From: Escherichia coli
GTDB lineage: Bacteria > Pseudomonadota > Gammaproteobacteria > Enterobacterales > Enterobacteriaceae
Length of the DNA: 64,000 nucleotides
Reading direction: 5' to 3' (one strand)
NCBI RefSeq assembly: GCF_003334385.1
Contig: NZ_QOWN01000002.1
Part shown: piece after piece, positions 24,107 to 34,524 of the stretch
Layout: each line of letters begins with the position of its first letter
Position numbering within the stretch: position 1 is the stretch's first letter
The notes under the pieces: model-generated
Seen by the model: only the letters and a program-made list of their open reading frames with translations
Told to the model about the DNA's origin: nothing
The model's database searches: none
Program-made: the position numbers and the translations under genes

Positions 24107-24886
24107 ATGGAAATCAGCCTGTTGCAGGCATTTGCGTTGGGCATTATCGCCTTTATCGCTGGCCTGGATATGTTTAACGGCCTAACCCATATGCACCGCC
24201 CGGTGGTCCTCGGCCCGTTGGTCGGGCTGGTACTTGGCGATCTGCATACCGGAATTTTAACCGGCGGTACGCTGGAACTGGTGTGGATGGGGCTGGCCCC
24301 GCTGGCGGGCGCACAGCCGCCTAACGTGATTATCGGTACTATCGTCGGCACGGCGTTTGCCATTACTACTGGCGTGAAACCCGATGTCGCAGTAGGTGTC
24401 GCCGTACCTTTCGCTGTCGCAGTACAGATGGGGATTACCTTCCTGTTCTCGGTGATGTCCGGCGTGATGTCTCGCTGCGACCGGATGGCGGAGAACGCCG
24501 ATACTCGCGGCATTGAACGCGTGAACTATCTGGCACTGCTGGCACTCGGCATTTTCTATTTTCTCTGCGCTTTCCTGCCTATCTACTTCGGCGCGGAACA
24601 TGCAAAAACCATCATTGATGTCCTGCCGCAACGATTAATCGACGGCCTCGGCGTCGCGGGCGGCATCATGCCAGCAATCGGTTTTGCCGTGCTGCTGAAA
24701 ATCATGATGAAAAACGTCTACATCCCCTACTTCATCCTGGGCTTTGTTGCCGCCGCCTGGCTCAAGTTACCAGTGCTGGCTATTGCTGCCGCTGCGCTGG
24801 CGATGGCGCTGATCGACTTGCTGCGTAAATCTCCTGAACCGACTCAACCTGCGGCACAGAAAGAGGAATTTGAAGATGGCATCTAA
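24107..24886 (+). CDS. agaW: PTS N-acetylgalactosamine-specific EIIC (AgaW), full length 259 aa
   Basis: 259-aa polytopic ORF, paralog of AgaC (30396-31199); full length, unlike the truncated K-12 allele. Confidence 0.9.
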   Translation: MEISLLQAFALGIIAFIAGLDMFNGLTHMHRPVVLGPLVGLVLGDLHTGILTGGTLELVWMGLAPLAGAQPPNVIIGTIVGTAFAITTGVKPDVAVGVAVPFAVAVQMGITFLFSVMSGVMSRCDRMAENADTRGIERVNYLALLALGIFYFLCAFLPIYFGAEHAKTIIDVLPQRLIDGLGVAGGIMPAIGFAVLLKIMMKNVYIPYFILGFVAAAWLKLPVLAIAAAALAMALIDLLRKSPEPTQPAAQKEEFEDGI

Positions 24887-25754
24887 TCAAACCACCCTGC
24901 CGAACGTCAGTGAAAACGAAGAAACATTGCTGACTGGCGTCAATGAAAACGTGTATGAAGATCAGAGCATTGGCGCGGAGCTGACGAAAAAAGATATCAA
25001 CCGCGTCGCCTGGCGTTCCATGCTGTTACAAGCGTCTTTTAACTACGAACGTATGCAGGCTTCTGGCTGGTTGTACGGTCTGCTGCCTGCTCTGAAAAAG
25101 ATCCACACTAATAAACGCGACCTGGCGCGCGCCATGAAGGGGCATATAGGTTTCTTCAATACCCATCCGTTTCTGGTGACGTTTGTTATCGGCATTATCC
25201 TTGCGATGGAGCGTTCTAAGCAGGACGTTAACAGTATTCAGAGCACCAAAATTGCCGTCGGTGCGCCGCTTGGCGGGATTGGCGATGCAATGTTCTGGCT
25301 AACGCTACTGCCGATTTGTGGCGGGATTGGAGCCAGTCTGGCATTGCAAGGCTCCATTCTTGGCGCAGTCGTCTTTATTGTGCTGTTCAACGTGGTACAC
25401 CTGGGGCTGCGTTTTGGTCTGGCGCATTATGCTTACCGCATGGGCGTGGCGGCGATTCCACTGATTAAAGCGAATACCAAAAAAGTCGGCCATGCTGCGT
25501 CTATCGTTGGGATGACGGTAATCGGTGCGCTGGTGGCAACCTATGTTCGTTTAAGCACCACGCTGGAAATCACGGCGGGCGACGCAGTGGTTAAGTTACA
25601 GGCTGATGTTATCGACAAACTGATGCCGGCCTTCTTACCGTTGGTCTACACCCTGACCATGTTTTGGTTGGTACGCCGCGGCTGGAGTCCGCTGCGTCTG
25701 ATTGCAGTTACCGTGGTTCTCGGCATCGTCGGTAAATTCTGCCATTTCCTTTAA
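24870..25754 (+). CDS. agaE: PTS N-acetylgalactosamine-specific EIID (AgaE)
   Basis: Paralog of AgaD (shared …SFNYERMQA…, …GDAIFWFTLLPI… motifs); start may be 24876 (MASNQ…); absent from K-12. Confidence 0.85.
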   Translation: MKMASNQTTLPNVSENEETLLTGVNENVYEDQSIGAELTKKDINRVAWRSMLLQASFNYERMQASGWLYGLLPALKKIHTNKRDLARAMKGHIGFFNTHPFLVTFVIGIILAMERSKQDVNSIQSTKIAVGAPLGGIGDAMFWLTLLPICGGIGASLALQGSILGAVVFIVLFNVVHLGLRFGLAHYAYRMGVAAIPLIKANTKKVGHAASIVGMTVIGALVATYVRLSTTLEITAGDAVVKLQADVIDKLMPAFLPLVYTLTMFWLVRRGWSPLRLIAVTVVLGIVGKFCHFL

Positions 25755-25771
25755 ATACAATGAGGTATTAG

Positions 25772-26206
25772 ATGTTAAGTATTATTTTGACAGGGCATGG
25801 CGGGTTTGCCAGCGGCATGGAAAAAGCAATGAAGCAAATTCTCGGTGAGCAATCGCAGTTTATCGCCATCGATTTTCCGGAAACCTCAAGCACCGCGCTG
25901 CTTACATCGCAGCTTGAAGAGGCCATCGCCCAACTGGATTGTGAAGACGGCATTGTTTTTCTGACGGATTTGCTGGGCGGCACGCCGTTTCGCGTAGCTT
26001 CAACGCTGGCGATGCAAAAACCGGGCTGTGAAGTGATCACCGGCACCAATTTGCAACTGCTACTGGAGATGGTGCTGGAGCGCGAAGGGTTAAGCGGTGA
26101 AGAATTCCGTGTACAGGCGCTGGAGTGTGGACACCGAGGGCTGACCAGTCTGGTGGACGAGTTAGGCCGCTGCCATGAAGAATGTCCGGTCGAGGAAGGA
26201 ATATGA
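25772..26206 (+). CDS. agaF: PTS N-acetylgalactosamine-specific EIIA (AgaF), 144 aa
   Basis: 144-aa mannose-family EIIA ORF (MLSIILTGHGGFASG…); absent from K-12. Confidence 0.85.
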   Translation: MLSIILTGHGGFASGMEKAMKQILGEQSQFIAIDFPETSSTALLTSQLEEAIAQLDCEDGIVFLTDLLGGTPFRVASTLAMQKPGCEVITGTNLQLLLEMVLEREGLSGEEFRVQALECGHRGLTSLVDELGRCHEECPVEEGI

Positions 26207-27336
26207 CACACGTTCTGCGCGCCAGAAGGCTGCTGACTGAAGAGGGATGGCTCGATGACCATCAGTTGCGTATTGCTGACGGTGTCATCGCAGCAATCGA
26301 ACCGATTCCAGCGGGCGTGACTGAACGCGATGCGGAACTGCTCTGCCCTGCTTACATCGACACCCATGTACACGGTGGTGCGGGCGTTGATGTAATGGAT
26401 GACGCGCCGGATGTACTCGACAAGCTGGCAATGCACAAGGCACGCGAAGGTGTCGGCAGTTGGTTACCGACCACCGTAACCACGCCGCTTAATACCATTC
26501 ATGCGGCGCTGAAACGTATTGCTCAACGTTGCCAACGCGGCGGACCTGGTGCGCAAGTGCTGGGGAGTTATCTCGAAGGACCGTACTTCACGCCGCAGAA
26601 TAAAGGCGCGCATCCGCCGGAGTTGTTTCGCGAGCTTGAAATTGCCGAGCTGGATCAGTTGATTGCCGTTTCTCAGCACACCTTACGTGTGGTAGCGCTG
26701 GCACCGGAAAAAGAAGGGGCATTGCAGGCCATCCGCCATCTTAAACAGCAAAACGTAAGGGTGATGCTGGGGCATAGCGCGGCGACCTGGCAACAAACCC
26801 GCGCCGCATTTGATGCTGGTGCCGACGGCCTGGTGCATTGCTATAACGGGATGACAGGTTTACATCACCGCGAACCGGGAATGGTTGGCGCGGGATTAAC
26901 GGACAAGCGCGCCTGGCTGGAACTGATAGCCGATGGTCATCATGTGCATCCGGCGGCAATGTCGCTGTGTTGTTGCTGTGCGAAAGAGAGAATCGTACTG
27001 ATCACCGACGCGATGCAGGCAGCTGGGATGCCGGATGGTCGCTATACGTTATGTGGTGAAGAAGTGCAGATGCACGGTGGCGTTGTCCGTACCGCGTCTG
27101 GTGGGCTGGCGGGCAGTACGCTGTCTGTTGATGCGGCAGTGCGCAATATGGTCGAGTTGACGGGCGTAACGCCTGCGGAAGCCATCCATATGGCGTCGCT
27201 GCATCCGGCGCGAATGCTGGGTGTTGATGGTGTTCTGGGATCGCTTAAACCGGGCAAACGCGCCAGCGTCGTTGCGCTGGATAGCGGGCTACATGTGCAA
27301 CAAATCTGGATTCAGGGTCAATTAGCTTCGTTTTGA
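26203..27336 (+). CDS. agaA: N-acetylgalactosamine-6-phosphate deacetylase AgaA (NagA family), full length
   Basis: MTHVLRARRLLTEEGWLDDHQLRIADGVIAAIEP… with metal-binding HVHGG motif; start overlaps agaF stop; intact, unlike the K-12 pseudogene. Confidence 0.9.
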   Translation: MTHVLRARRLLTEEGWLDDHQLRIADGVIAAIEPIPAGVTERDAELLCPAYIDTHVHGGAGVDVMDDAPDVLDKLAMHKAREGVGSWLPTTVTTPLNTIHAALKRIAQRCQRGGPGAQVLGSYLEGPYFTPQNKGAHPPELFRELEIAELDQLIAVSQHTLRVVALAPEKEGALQAIRHLKQQNVRVMLGHSAATWQQTRAAFDAGADGLVHCYNGMTGLHHREPGMVGAGLTDKRAWLELIADGHHVHPAAMSLCCCCAKERIVLITDAMQAAGMPDGRYTLCGEEVQMHGGVVRTASGGLAGSTLSVDAAVRNMVELTGVTPAEAIHMASLHPARMLGVDGVLGSLKPGKRASVVALDSGLHVQQIWIQGQLASF

Positions 27337-27375
27337 TAGTTTGCTCCTTTATTGGGCCTTCACTTCCCCCGTAAG

Positions 27376-27648
27376 GCCTTTCTTTTTCTTTCGTTTTGAT
27401 CTGTGCAGCGGTGTCGGATGCGACGCTAACGCGTCTTATCCGACCTACAGTTGGTGACCGCAAGGCCGGATAAAGCGTTTGCGCCGCATCCAGCAATCCC
27501 TTTTGCTTCCTTTATCTTTTCTTTCAACGATCACAAATTTCGTTTTATTTCTTTTTTCTCCATTGAACTTTCAGTTTCTTTTCTATAGATTTTAATCAAC
27601 GAAAGACATCACCAAGTGAAATGAAACGAAAGGCAAGTGAAAGCGACA
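27376..27648. promoter_or_regulatory. agaS promoter region with AgaR operator-like CTTTC/GTTT repeats and an embedded REP/BIME pair (about 27412-27495)
   Basis: tttctttcgttttgatc, atttcgttttatttc, tcagtttcttttc, gaaatgaaacgaaagg; REP units gatgcgacgctaacgcgtcttatccgacctaca and ccggataaagcgtttgcgccgcatcc. Confidence 0.5.
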
Positions 27649-27686
27649 ACGCCCGACGTCAAGTTCATCAGACTAAGGATTGAGTT

Positions 27687-28841
27687 ATGCCAGAAAATTA
27701 CACCCCTGCTGCCGCCGCAACCGGTACATGGACTGAAGAAGAGATCCGCCATCAGCCTCGCGCATGGATCCGTTCACTCACCAACATCGACGCGCTACGT
27801 TCCGCGCTCAATAACTTCCTTGAACCGTTACTGCGCAAAGAGAATCTGCGGATCATCCTGACCGGAGCCGGAACGTCGGCATTTATCGGTGACATCATCG
27901 CGCCGTGGCTCGCCAGCCATACCGGTAAAAACTTCAGCGCCGTACCGACCACCGATCTGGTCACCAATCCGATGGACTACCTGAACCCAGCTCATCCGCT
28001 GCTGTTGATCTCCTTCGGTCGATCCGGCAACAGCCCGGAAAGCGTCGCAGCCGTGGAACTGGCAAATCAATTTGTACCGGAATGCTATCACCTGCCGATC
28101 ACCTGCAACGAAGCGGGCGCTCTTTACCAAAACGCGATCAACAGCGATAACGCGTTTGCCCTGCTGATGCCCGCAGAAACGCACGATCGCGGCTTTGCGA
28201 TGACCAGCAGCATTACCACCATGATGGCCAGCTGCCTCGCGGTTTTCGCACCTGAGACGATCAACAGCCAAACCTTCCGCGACGTGGCGGATCGTTGCCA
28301 GGCGATCCTGACCTCACTGGGCGATTTCAGCGAAGGTGTGTTTGGTTACGCACCGTGGAAACGGATCGTTTATCTCGGTAGCGGTGGCTTACAGGGCGCA
28401 GCACGCGAGTCGGCGCTGAAAGTGCTGGAACTGACGGCGGGTAAACTGGCGGCCTTTTATGATTCTCCAACCGGATTCCGTCATGGACCAAAATCGCTGG
28501 TCGATGACGAAACGCTGGTGGTGGTATTTGTCTCCAGCCACCCTTACACCCGTCAGTATGATCTTGATCTGCTGGCTGAACTTCGCCGTGACAACCAGGC
28601 AATGCGTGTAATCGCCATCGCCGCGGAAAGCAGCGACATCGTCGCTGCCGGTCCACATATCATCCTGCCACCGTCACGTCACTTTATCGACGTTGAGCAG
28701 GCATTTTGCTTCCTGATGTACGCCCAGACGTTTGCACTGATGCAGTCGCTGCACATGGGCAATACGCCGGATACCCCATCAGCCAGTGGCACCGTTAACC
28801 GCGTGGTGCAAGGCGTAATCATTCATCCGTGGCAGGCATAA
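27687..28841 (+). CDS. agaS: Galactosamine-6-phosphate deaminase/isomerase AgaS (SIS domains), 384 aa
   Basis: 384-aa ORF with tandem SIS-domain character after the operator cluster. Confidence 0.95.
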   Translation: MPENYTPAAAATGTWTEEEIRHQPRAWIRSLTNIDALRSALNNFLEPLLRKENLRIILTGAGTSAFIGDIIAPWLASHTGKNFSAVPTTDLVTNPMDYLNPAHPLLLISFGRSGNSPESVAAVELANQFVPECYHLPITCNEAGALYQNAINSDNAFALLMPAETHDRGFAMTSSITTMMASCLAVFAPETINSQTFRDVADRCQAILTSLGDFSEGVFGYAPWKRIVYLGSGGLQGAARESALKVLELTAGKLAAFYDSPTGFRHGPKSLVDDETLVVVFVSSHPYTRQYDLDLLAELRRDNQAMRVIAIAAESSDIVAAGPHIILPPSRHFIDVEQAFCFLMYAQTFALMQSLHMGNTPDTPSASGTVNRVVQGVIIHPWQA

Positions 28842-29714
<873 letters not shown>

Positions 29715-29880
29715 TCATTAGTTTTTTATGATTTATCCCAATGTACTTCCCGATTAATATCGGGGAGTGCCTTAATGGAAAAGGAGATAACTAAACCTTA
29801 ATAAATACATCACTACAATATCGCAACAATAATATATTTAAAAAAATTATATTATTCAACTTTATGGTGAGGATTACACA

Positions 29881-30357
29881 ATAACCAGTCCAAATATTCT
29901 CTTAACCCGTATTGATAACCGTCTGGTTCACGGTCAGGTTGGCGTGACCTGGACATCCACCATCGGTGCAAATCTGCTGGTAGTCGTGGATGATGTTGTC
30001 GCTAACGATGATATTCAACAGAAATTAATGGGTATTACCGCGGAAACCTACGGCTTTGGCATTCGTTTCTTTACTATCGAAAAAACCATTAACGTCATCG
30101 GCAAAGCTGCACCACATCAGAAGATCTTCCTGATTTGCCGTACGCCACAAACGGTACGTAAATTGGTAGAAGTTGGTATTGACCTGAAAGATGTCAACGT
30201 CGGCAATATGCATTTCTCGGAAGGGAAAAAGCAAATCAGCAGTAAAGTTTATGTCGATGACCAGGATCTCACGGACTTACGTTTTATTAAACAACGTGGC
30301 GTGAATGTTTTCATTCAGGACGTCCCTGGCGATCAAAAAGAACAAATCCCTGACTAA
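29881..30357 (+). CDS. agaB: PTS galactosamine-specific EIIB (AgaB); conserved N-terminus begins at an in-frame ATA, first canonical start is GTG 29944
   Basis: In-frame ITSPNILLTRIDNRLVHGQVGVTWT… aligns with the AgaV N-terminus; GAGGA SD 8-12 nt upstream of 29881; no ATG/GTG/TTG in frame before 29944. Confidence 0.75.
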   Translation: MTSPNILLTRIDNRLVHGQVGVTWTSTIGANLLVVVDDVVANDDIQQKLMGITAETYGFGIRFFTIEKTINVIGKAAPHQKIFLICRTPQTVRKLVEVGIDLKDVNVGNMHFSEGKKQISSKVYVDDQDLTDLRFIKQRGVNVFIQDVPGDQKEQIPD

Positions 30358-30395
30358 ATCTAAAATCGCCTTAATATTGGTTTGAGGTAATAAAA

Positions 30396-31199
30396 ATGCA
30401 TGAAATAACCCTACTTCAGGGATTATCCCTGGCGGCGTTAGTTTTTGTTCTGGGGATTGATTTTTGGCTGGAAGCCTTATTTTTATTCCGCCCGATAATC
30501 GTTTGTACCCTAACTGGCGCTATTCTCGGTGATATTCAGACTGGCTTAATTACCGGTGGTCTGACAGAGTTGGCTTTCGCCGGATTAACCCCTGCAGGTG
30601 GTGTTCAGCCGCCCAACCCGATTATGGCGGGTCTGATGACCACCGTCATTGCATGGTCTACGGGCGTTGATGCCAAAACAGCAATTGGTCTTGGCCTGCC
30701 GTTTAGTTTGTTAATGCAGTACGTCATTCTGTTCTTCTATTCCGCTTTCTCATTATTTATGACCAAAGCCGATAAATGCGCGAAAGAGGCGGATACGGCA
30801 GCGTTTTCCCGGCTTAACTGGACAACGATGCTCATCGTCGCTTCAGCGTATGCGGTGATTGCTTTCCTCTGTACTTACCTGGCACAGGGGGCGATGCAGG
30901 CGCTGGTGAAAGCGATGCCCGCCTGGCTGACCCACGGCTTTGAAGTGGCTGGCGGTATTCTGCCTGCCGTTGGTTTTGGCTTGCTGCTGCGCGTAATGTT
31001 CAAAGCGCAATATATCCCTTACCTGATCGCCGGTTTCCTGTTTGTTTGCTACATCCAGGTCAGCAACCTGTTGCCGGTTGCCGTACTGGGCGCAGGCTTT
31101 GCGGTGTATGAGTTTTTCAATGCGAAATCCCGGCAGCAAGCGCAACCGCAGCCCGTTGCCAGTAAAAATGAAGAAGAGGACTACAGCAATGGGATCTGA
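30396..31199 (+). CDS. agaC: PTS galactosamine-specific EIIC (AgaC), 267 aa
   Basis: 267-aa polytopic ORF, paralog of AgaW. Confidence 0.95.
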   Translation: MHEITLLQGLSLAALVFVLGIDFWLEALFLFRPIIVCTLTGAILGDIQTGLITGGLTELAFAGLTPAGGVQPPNPIMAGLMTTVIAWSTGVDAKTAIGLGLPFSLLMQYVILFFYSAFSLFMTKADKCAKEADTAAFSRLNWTTMLIVASAYAVIAFLCTYLAQGAMQALVKAMPAWLTHGFEVAGGILPAVGFGLLLRVMFKAQYIPYLIAGFLFVCYIQVSNLLPVAVLGAGFAVYEFFNAKSRQQAQPQPVASKNEEEDYSNGI

Positions 31200-31980
31200 A
31201 ATCAGTAAAAAAGATATCACCCGTCTGGGCTTTCGTTCGTCGCTGCTGCAAGCGAGCTTTAACTACGAAAGGATGCAGGCGGGCGGTTTTACCTGGGCGA
31301 TGTTGCCGATCCTGAAAAAGATTTATAAGGACGACAAACCGGGCTTAAGCGCGGCGATGAAAGATAACCTCGAATTTATTAATACCCACCCGAATCTGGT
31401 CGGATTCCTGATGGGGTTATTAATTTCGATGGAAGAAAAAGGAGAAAACCGCGACACCATTAAAGGCCTCAAAGTGGCACTGTTTGGCCCAATCGCCGGG
31501 ATTGGCGATGCGATTTTCTGGTTTACTTTGTTGCCGATTATGGCGGGAATTTGCTCATCATTTGCCAGCCAGGGAAACCTGCTGGGGCCGATTCTATTTT
31601 TCGCCGTTTACCTGCTTATCTTTTTCCTGCGCGTCGGCTGGACCCACGTCGGTTATTCAGTCGGCGTGAAGGCGATCGATAAAGTGCGAGAGAACTCGCA
31701 GATGATTGCCCGTTCGGCAACCATCCTCGGGATCACGGTAATCGGCGGGCTGATCGCTTCGTATGTGCATATTAACGTGGTGACATCGTTTGCCATCGAC
31801 AATACCCACAGCGTTGCGCTGCAGCAGGATTTCTTCGATAAAGTCTTCCCGAACATTTTACCGATGGCCTACACCCTGCTGATGTATTACTTCCTGCGGG
31901 TGAAAAAAGCGCATCCGGTGCTGTTAATCGGCGTGACTTTTGTGCTCTCTATTGTTTGTTCCGCATTCGGCATTTTGTAA
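31189..31980 (+). CDS. agaD: PTS galactosamine-specific EIID (AgaD), 263 aa
   Basis: MGSEISKKDITRLGFRSSLLQASFNYERMQA…; start overlaps the agaC stop; track ORF extended upstream. Confidence 0.95.
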   Translation: MGSEISKKDITRLGFRSSLLQASFNYERMQAGGFTWAMLPILKKIYKDDKPGLSAAMKDNLEFINTHPNLVGFLMGLLISMEEKGENRDTIKGLKVALFGPIAGIGDAIFWFTLLPIMAGICSSFASQGNLLGPILFFAVYLLIFFLRVGWTHVGYSVGVKAIDKVRENSQMIARSATILGITVIGGLIASYVHINVVTSFAIDNTHSVALQQDFFDKVFPNILPMAYTLLMYYFLRVKKAHPVLLIGVTFVLSIVCSAFGIL

Positions 31981-32736
31981 ATGGAACGAGGCACTGCGTC
32001 TGGTGGTGCCTCTTTACTTAAGGAATTTCATCCTGTGCAAACCCTTCAGCAAGTTGAAAACTATACGGCGTTAAGTGAACGTGCCAGCGAATATTTATTG
32101 GCCGTGATCCGTAGCAAACCGAATGCCGTGATTTGCCTGGCGACCGGAGCCACGCCATTACTGACGTATCATTATCTGGTAGAAAAAATCCACCAGCAGC
32201 AGGTTGATGTCAGCCAGCTCACCTTCGTGAAGCTCGACGAATGGGTGGATCTGCCATTAACGATGCCAGGCACCTGCGAAACTTTCCTGCAACAGCATAT
32301 CGTGCAGCCGCTGGGGCTACGTGAAGACCAGCTCATCAGCTTTCGCTCCGAAGAGATAAATGAGACAGAGTGCGAACGGGTAACGAACCTGATTGCGCGC
32401 AAAGGCGGTCTGGATTTATGCGTTCTCGGATTGGGGAAAAACGGTCATCTTGGGCTGAACGAACCGGGAGAAAGCCTGCAACCGGCCTGCCATATCAGTC
32501 AACTTGATGCCAGAACACAGCAACATGAGATGTTAAAAACCGCGGGTCGCCCCGTGACTCGTGGGATCACCTTAGGCCTGAAGGATATTCTCAATGCCCG
32601 CGAAGTTTTGTTACTGGTGACTGGCGAAGGAAAGCAGGATGCGACAGATCGTTTTCTCACGGCTAAAGTCTCTACCGCTATCCCGGCTTCATTTTTATGG
32701 CTGCACAGTAACTTTATTTGTTTAATTAACACCTAA
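31981..32736 (+). CDS. agaI: Putative galactosamine-6-phosphate deaminase/isomerase AgaI (NagB family), 251 aa
   Basis: 251-aa ORF starting directly after the agaD stop; NagB-like. Confidence 0.9.
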   Translation: MERGTASGGASLLKEFHPVQTLQQVENYTALSERASEYLLAVIRSKPNAVICLATGATPLLTYHYLVEKIHQQQVDVSQLTFVKLDEWVDLPLTMPGTCETFLQQHIVQPLGLREDQLISFRSEEINETECERVTNLIARKGGLDLCVLGLGKNGHLGLNEPGESLQPACHISQLDARTQQHEMLKTAGRPVTRGITLGLKDILNAREVLLLVTGEGKQDATDRFLTAKVSTAIPASFLWLHSNFICLINT

Positions 32737-33136
32737 CCAGATGAAAAATTTGCTCAAAATGTTTAAATTAACTTATGTAACAGTCACGCATTATATTAAA
32801 TAACATTTGACTGGGTTGAACATAACGCCGATAGCAAAAGGAGTTATGTTCAACAATTTAATTTTAGATATACATATAACTTGTTCTATTAATAAATCAC
32901 CTCGTATTCTGACTCGCCCCCTGGCGCAGCAAAGTCAGGCATTTATACTCTTTTGAATACATAGAAAATTGATATCAATATAATGAAAATATCAAATATT
33001 TGCATATAAATATAATCTTAAAGTTCAGTCTATTTAATGTTCAATGAAATATTTCTGCCTGTATAATCTTTAAAGATGTTGAACATATATTCACATTAAA
33101 TATGATTATGTACTTGTTACAAGGATAAGGTTATAT
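32737..33136. promoter_or_regulatory. AT-rich 400-bp region upstream of yraH (probable H-NS-silenced fimbrial promoter)
   Basis: Very low GC with A/T tracts; promoter elements not individually resolved. Confidence 0.35.
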
Positions 33137-33721
33137 ATGAATAAAGTTACAAAAACAGCTATTGCGGGCTTACTTGCGCTTTTCGCAGGTAATGCCGCTG
33201 CAACCGATGGTGAAATAGTTTTTGATGGCGAGATTTTAAAATCCGCTTGTGAAATCAATGACTCTGATAAGAAAATTGAAGTTGCTCTTGGTCACTATAA
33301 TGCCGAACAGTTTCGTAATATTGGCGAGCGTAGCCCAAAAATTCCATTCACTATTCCTTTAGTTAACTGCCCAATGACTGGGTGGGAGCACGATAACGGC
33401 AACGTTGAAGCGTCTTTCCGTCTATGGCTGGAAACGCGAGATAATGGCACCGTCCCTAACTTCCCTAATCTGGCAAAAGTAGGCTCTTTTGCTGGCATAG
33501 CGGCAACAGGTGTGGGTATCCGTATTGACGATGCGGAAAGCGGAAACATTATGCCACTGAATGCTATGGGCAATGATAACACGGTTTATCAGATCCCGGC
33601 GGAATCCAATGGTATTGTCAATGTTGACCTCATCGCTTACTACGTATCAACCGTAGTTCCATCAGAAATCACCCCAGGGGAAGCAGACGCTATCGTTAAC
33701 GTAACGCTGGATTACCGTTAA
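33137..33721 (+). CDS. yraH: Fimbrial major subunit-like protein YraH, 194 aa
   Basis: Signal peptide MNKVTKTAIAGLLALFAGNAAA then fimbrial subunit-like sequence with C-terminal aromatic residue. Confidence 0.9.
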   Translation: MNKVTKTAIAGLLALFAGNAAATDGEIVFDGEILKSACEINDSDKKIEVALGHYNAEQFRNIGERSPKIPFTIPLVNCPMTGWEHDNGNVEASFRLWLETRDNGTVPNFPNLAKVGSFAGIAATGVGIRIDDAESGNIMPLNAMGNDNTVYQIPAESNGIVNVDLIAYYVSTVVPSEITPGEADAIVNVTLDYR

Positions 33722-33726
33722 TACGT

Positions 33727-33765
33727 TAGGGCGTTATCTGACCTGTCAGATAACGCCCTTTTCCT
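33727..33765 (+). terminator. Rho-independent terminator/attenuator after yraH
   Basis: agggcgttatctga-cctg-tcagataacgccct perfect hairpin followed by TTTTCC. Confidence 0.6.
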
Positions 33766-33800
33766 TCCTCTTTCTCGTTGTATCAGGTTGAAAAATAACT

Positions 33801-34496
33801 ATGTCAAAACGAACATTCGCGGTGATATTAACCTTGTTGTGTAGCTTCTGTATTGGCCAGGCGCTTGCAGGAGGAATCGTTTTACAGCGAACGCGAGTGA
33901 TCTATGATGCCAGCCGCAAAGAGGCTGCGTTACCTGTCGCAAACAAAGGCGCAGAAACGCCTTATTTACTGCAATCATGGGTAGATAATATAGATGGTAA
34001 AAGCCGTGCCCCATTTATTATAACCCCACCGCTATTTCGTCTTGAGGCTGGCGATGACTCATCACTGCGAATTATTAAAACAGCTGATAACCTGCCTGAA
34101 AATAAAGAGTCGCTGTTCTACATTAATGTTCGTGCCATTCCAGCAAAGAAAAAATCAGATGATGTTAATGCTAACGAGTTGACGCTGGTATTTAAAACAC
34201 GGATCAAAATGTTTTATCGCCCCGCACACCTGAAGGGACGGGTAAACGATGCGTGGAAATCACTGGAATTTAAACGTAGTGACCATTCACTCAATATATA
34301 TAACCCAACTGAATATTACGTCGTATTTGCCGGACTGGCAGTCGATAAAACCGATCTCACAAGCAAAATTGAATATATCGCGCCCGGAGAACATAAACAG
34401 TTACCACTTCCTGCATCTGGCGGAAAGAACGTGAAATGGGCTGCGATCAATGATTATGGCGGCAGTTCCGGGACAGAAACTCGTCCACTGCAATAA
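33801..34496 (+). CDS. yraI: Periplasmic fimbrial chaperone YraI (PapD-like), 231 aa
   Basis: Signal peptide plus PapD-family chaperone-like sequence; position between subunit and usher. Confidence 0.9.
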
Positions 34497-34524
34497 AAAA
34501 TATAAAAACACAGGTCATCAGGGA

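Noticed and set aside
25768-26436. 222-aa minus-strand ORF spanning the agaF-agaA junction
   Set aside because: Antisense to two plus-strand genes with clear PTS EIIA and NagA-family features; Ser/Cys-rich low-complexity translation
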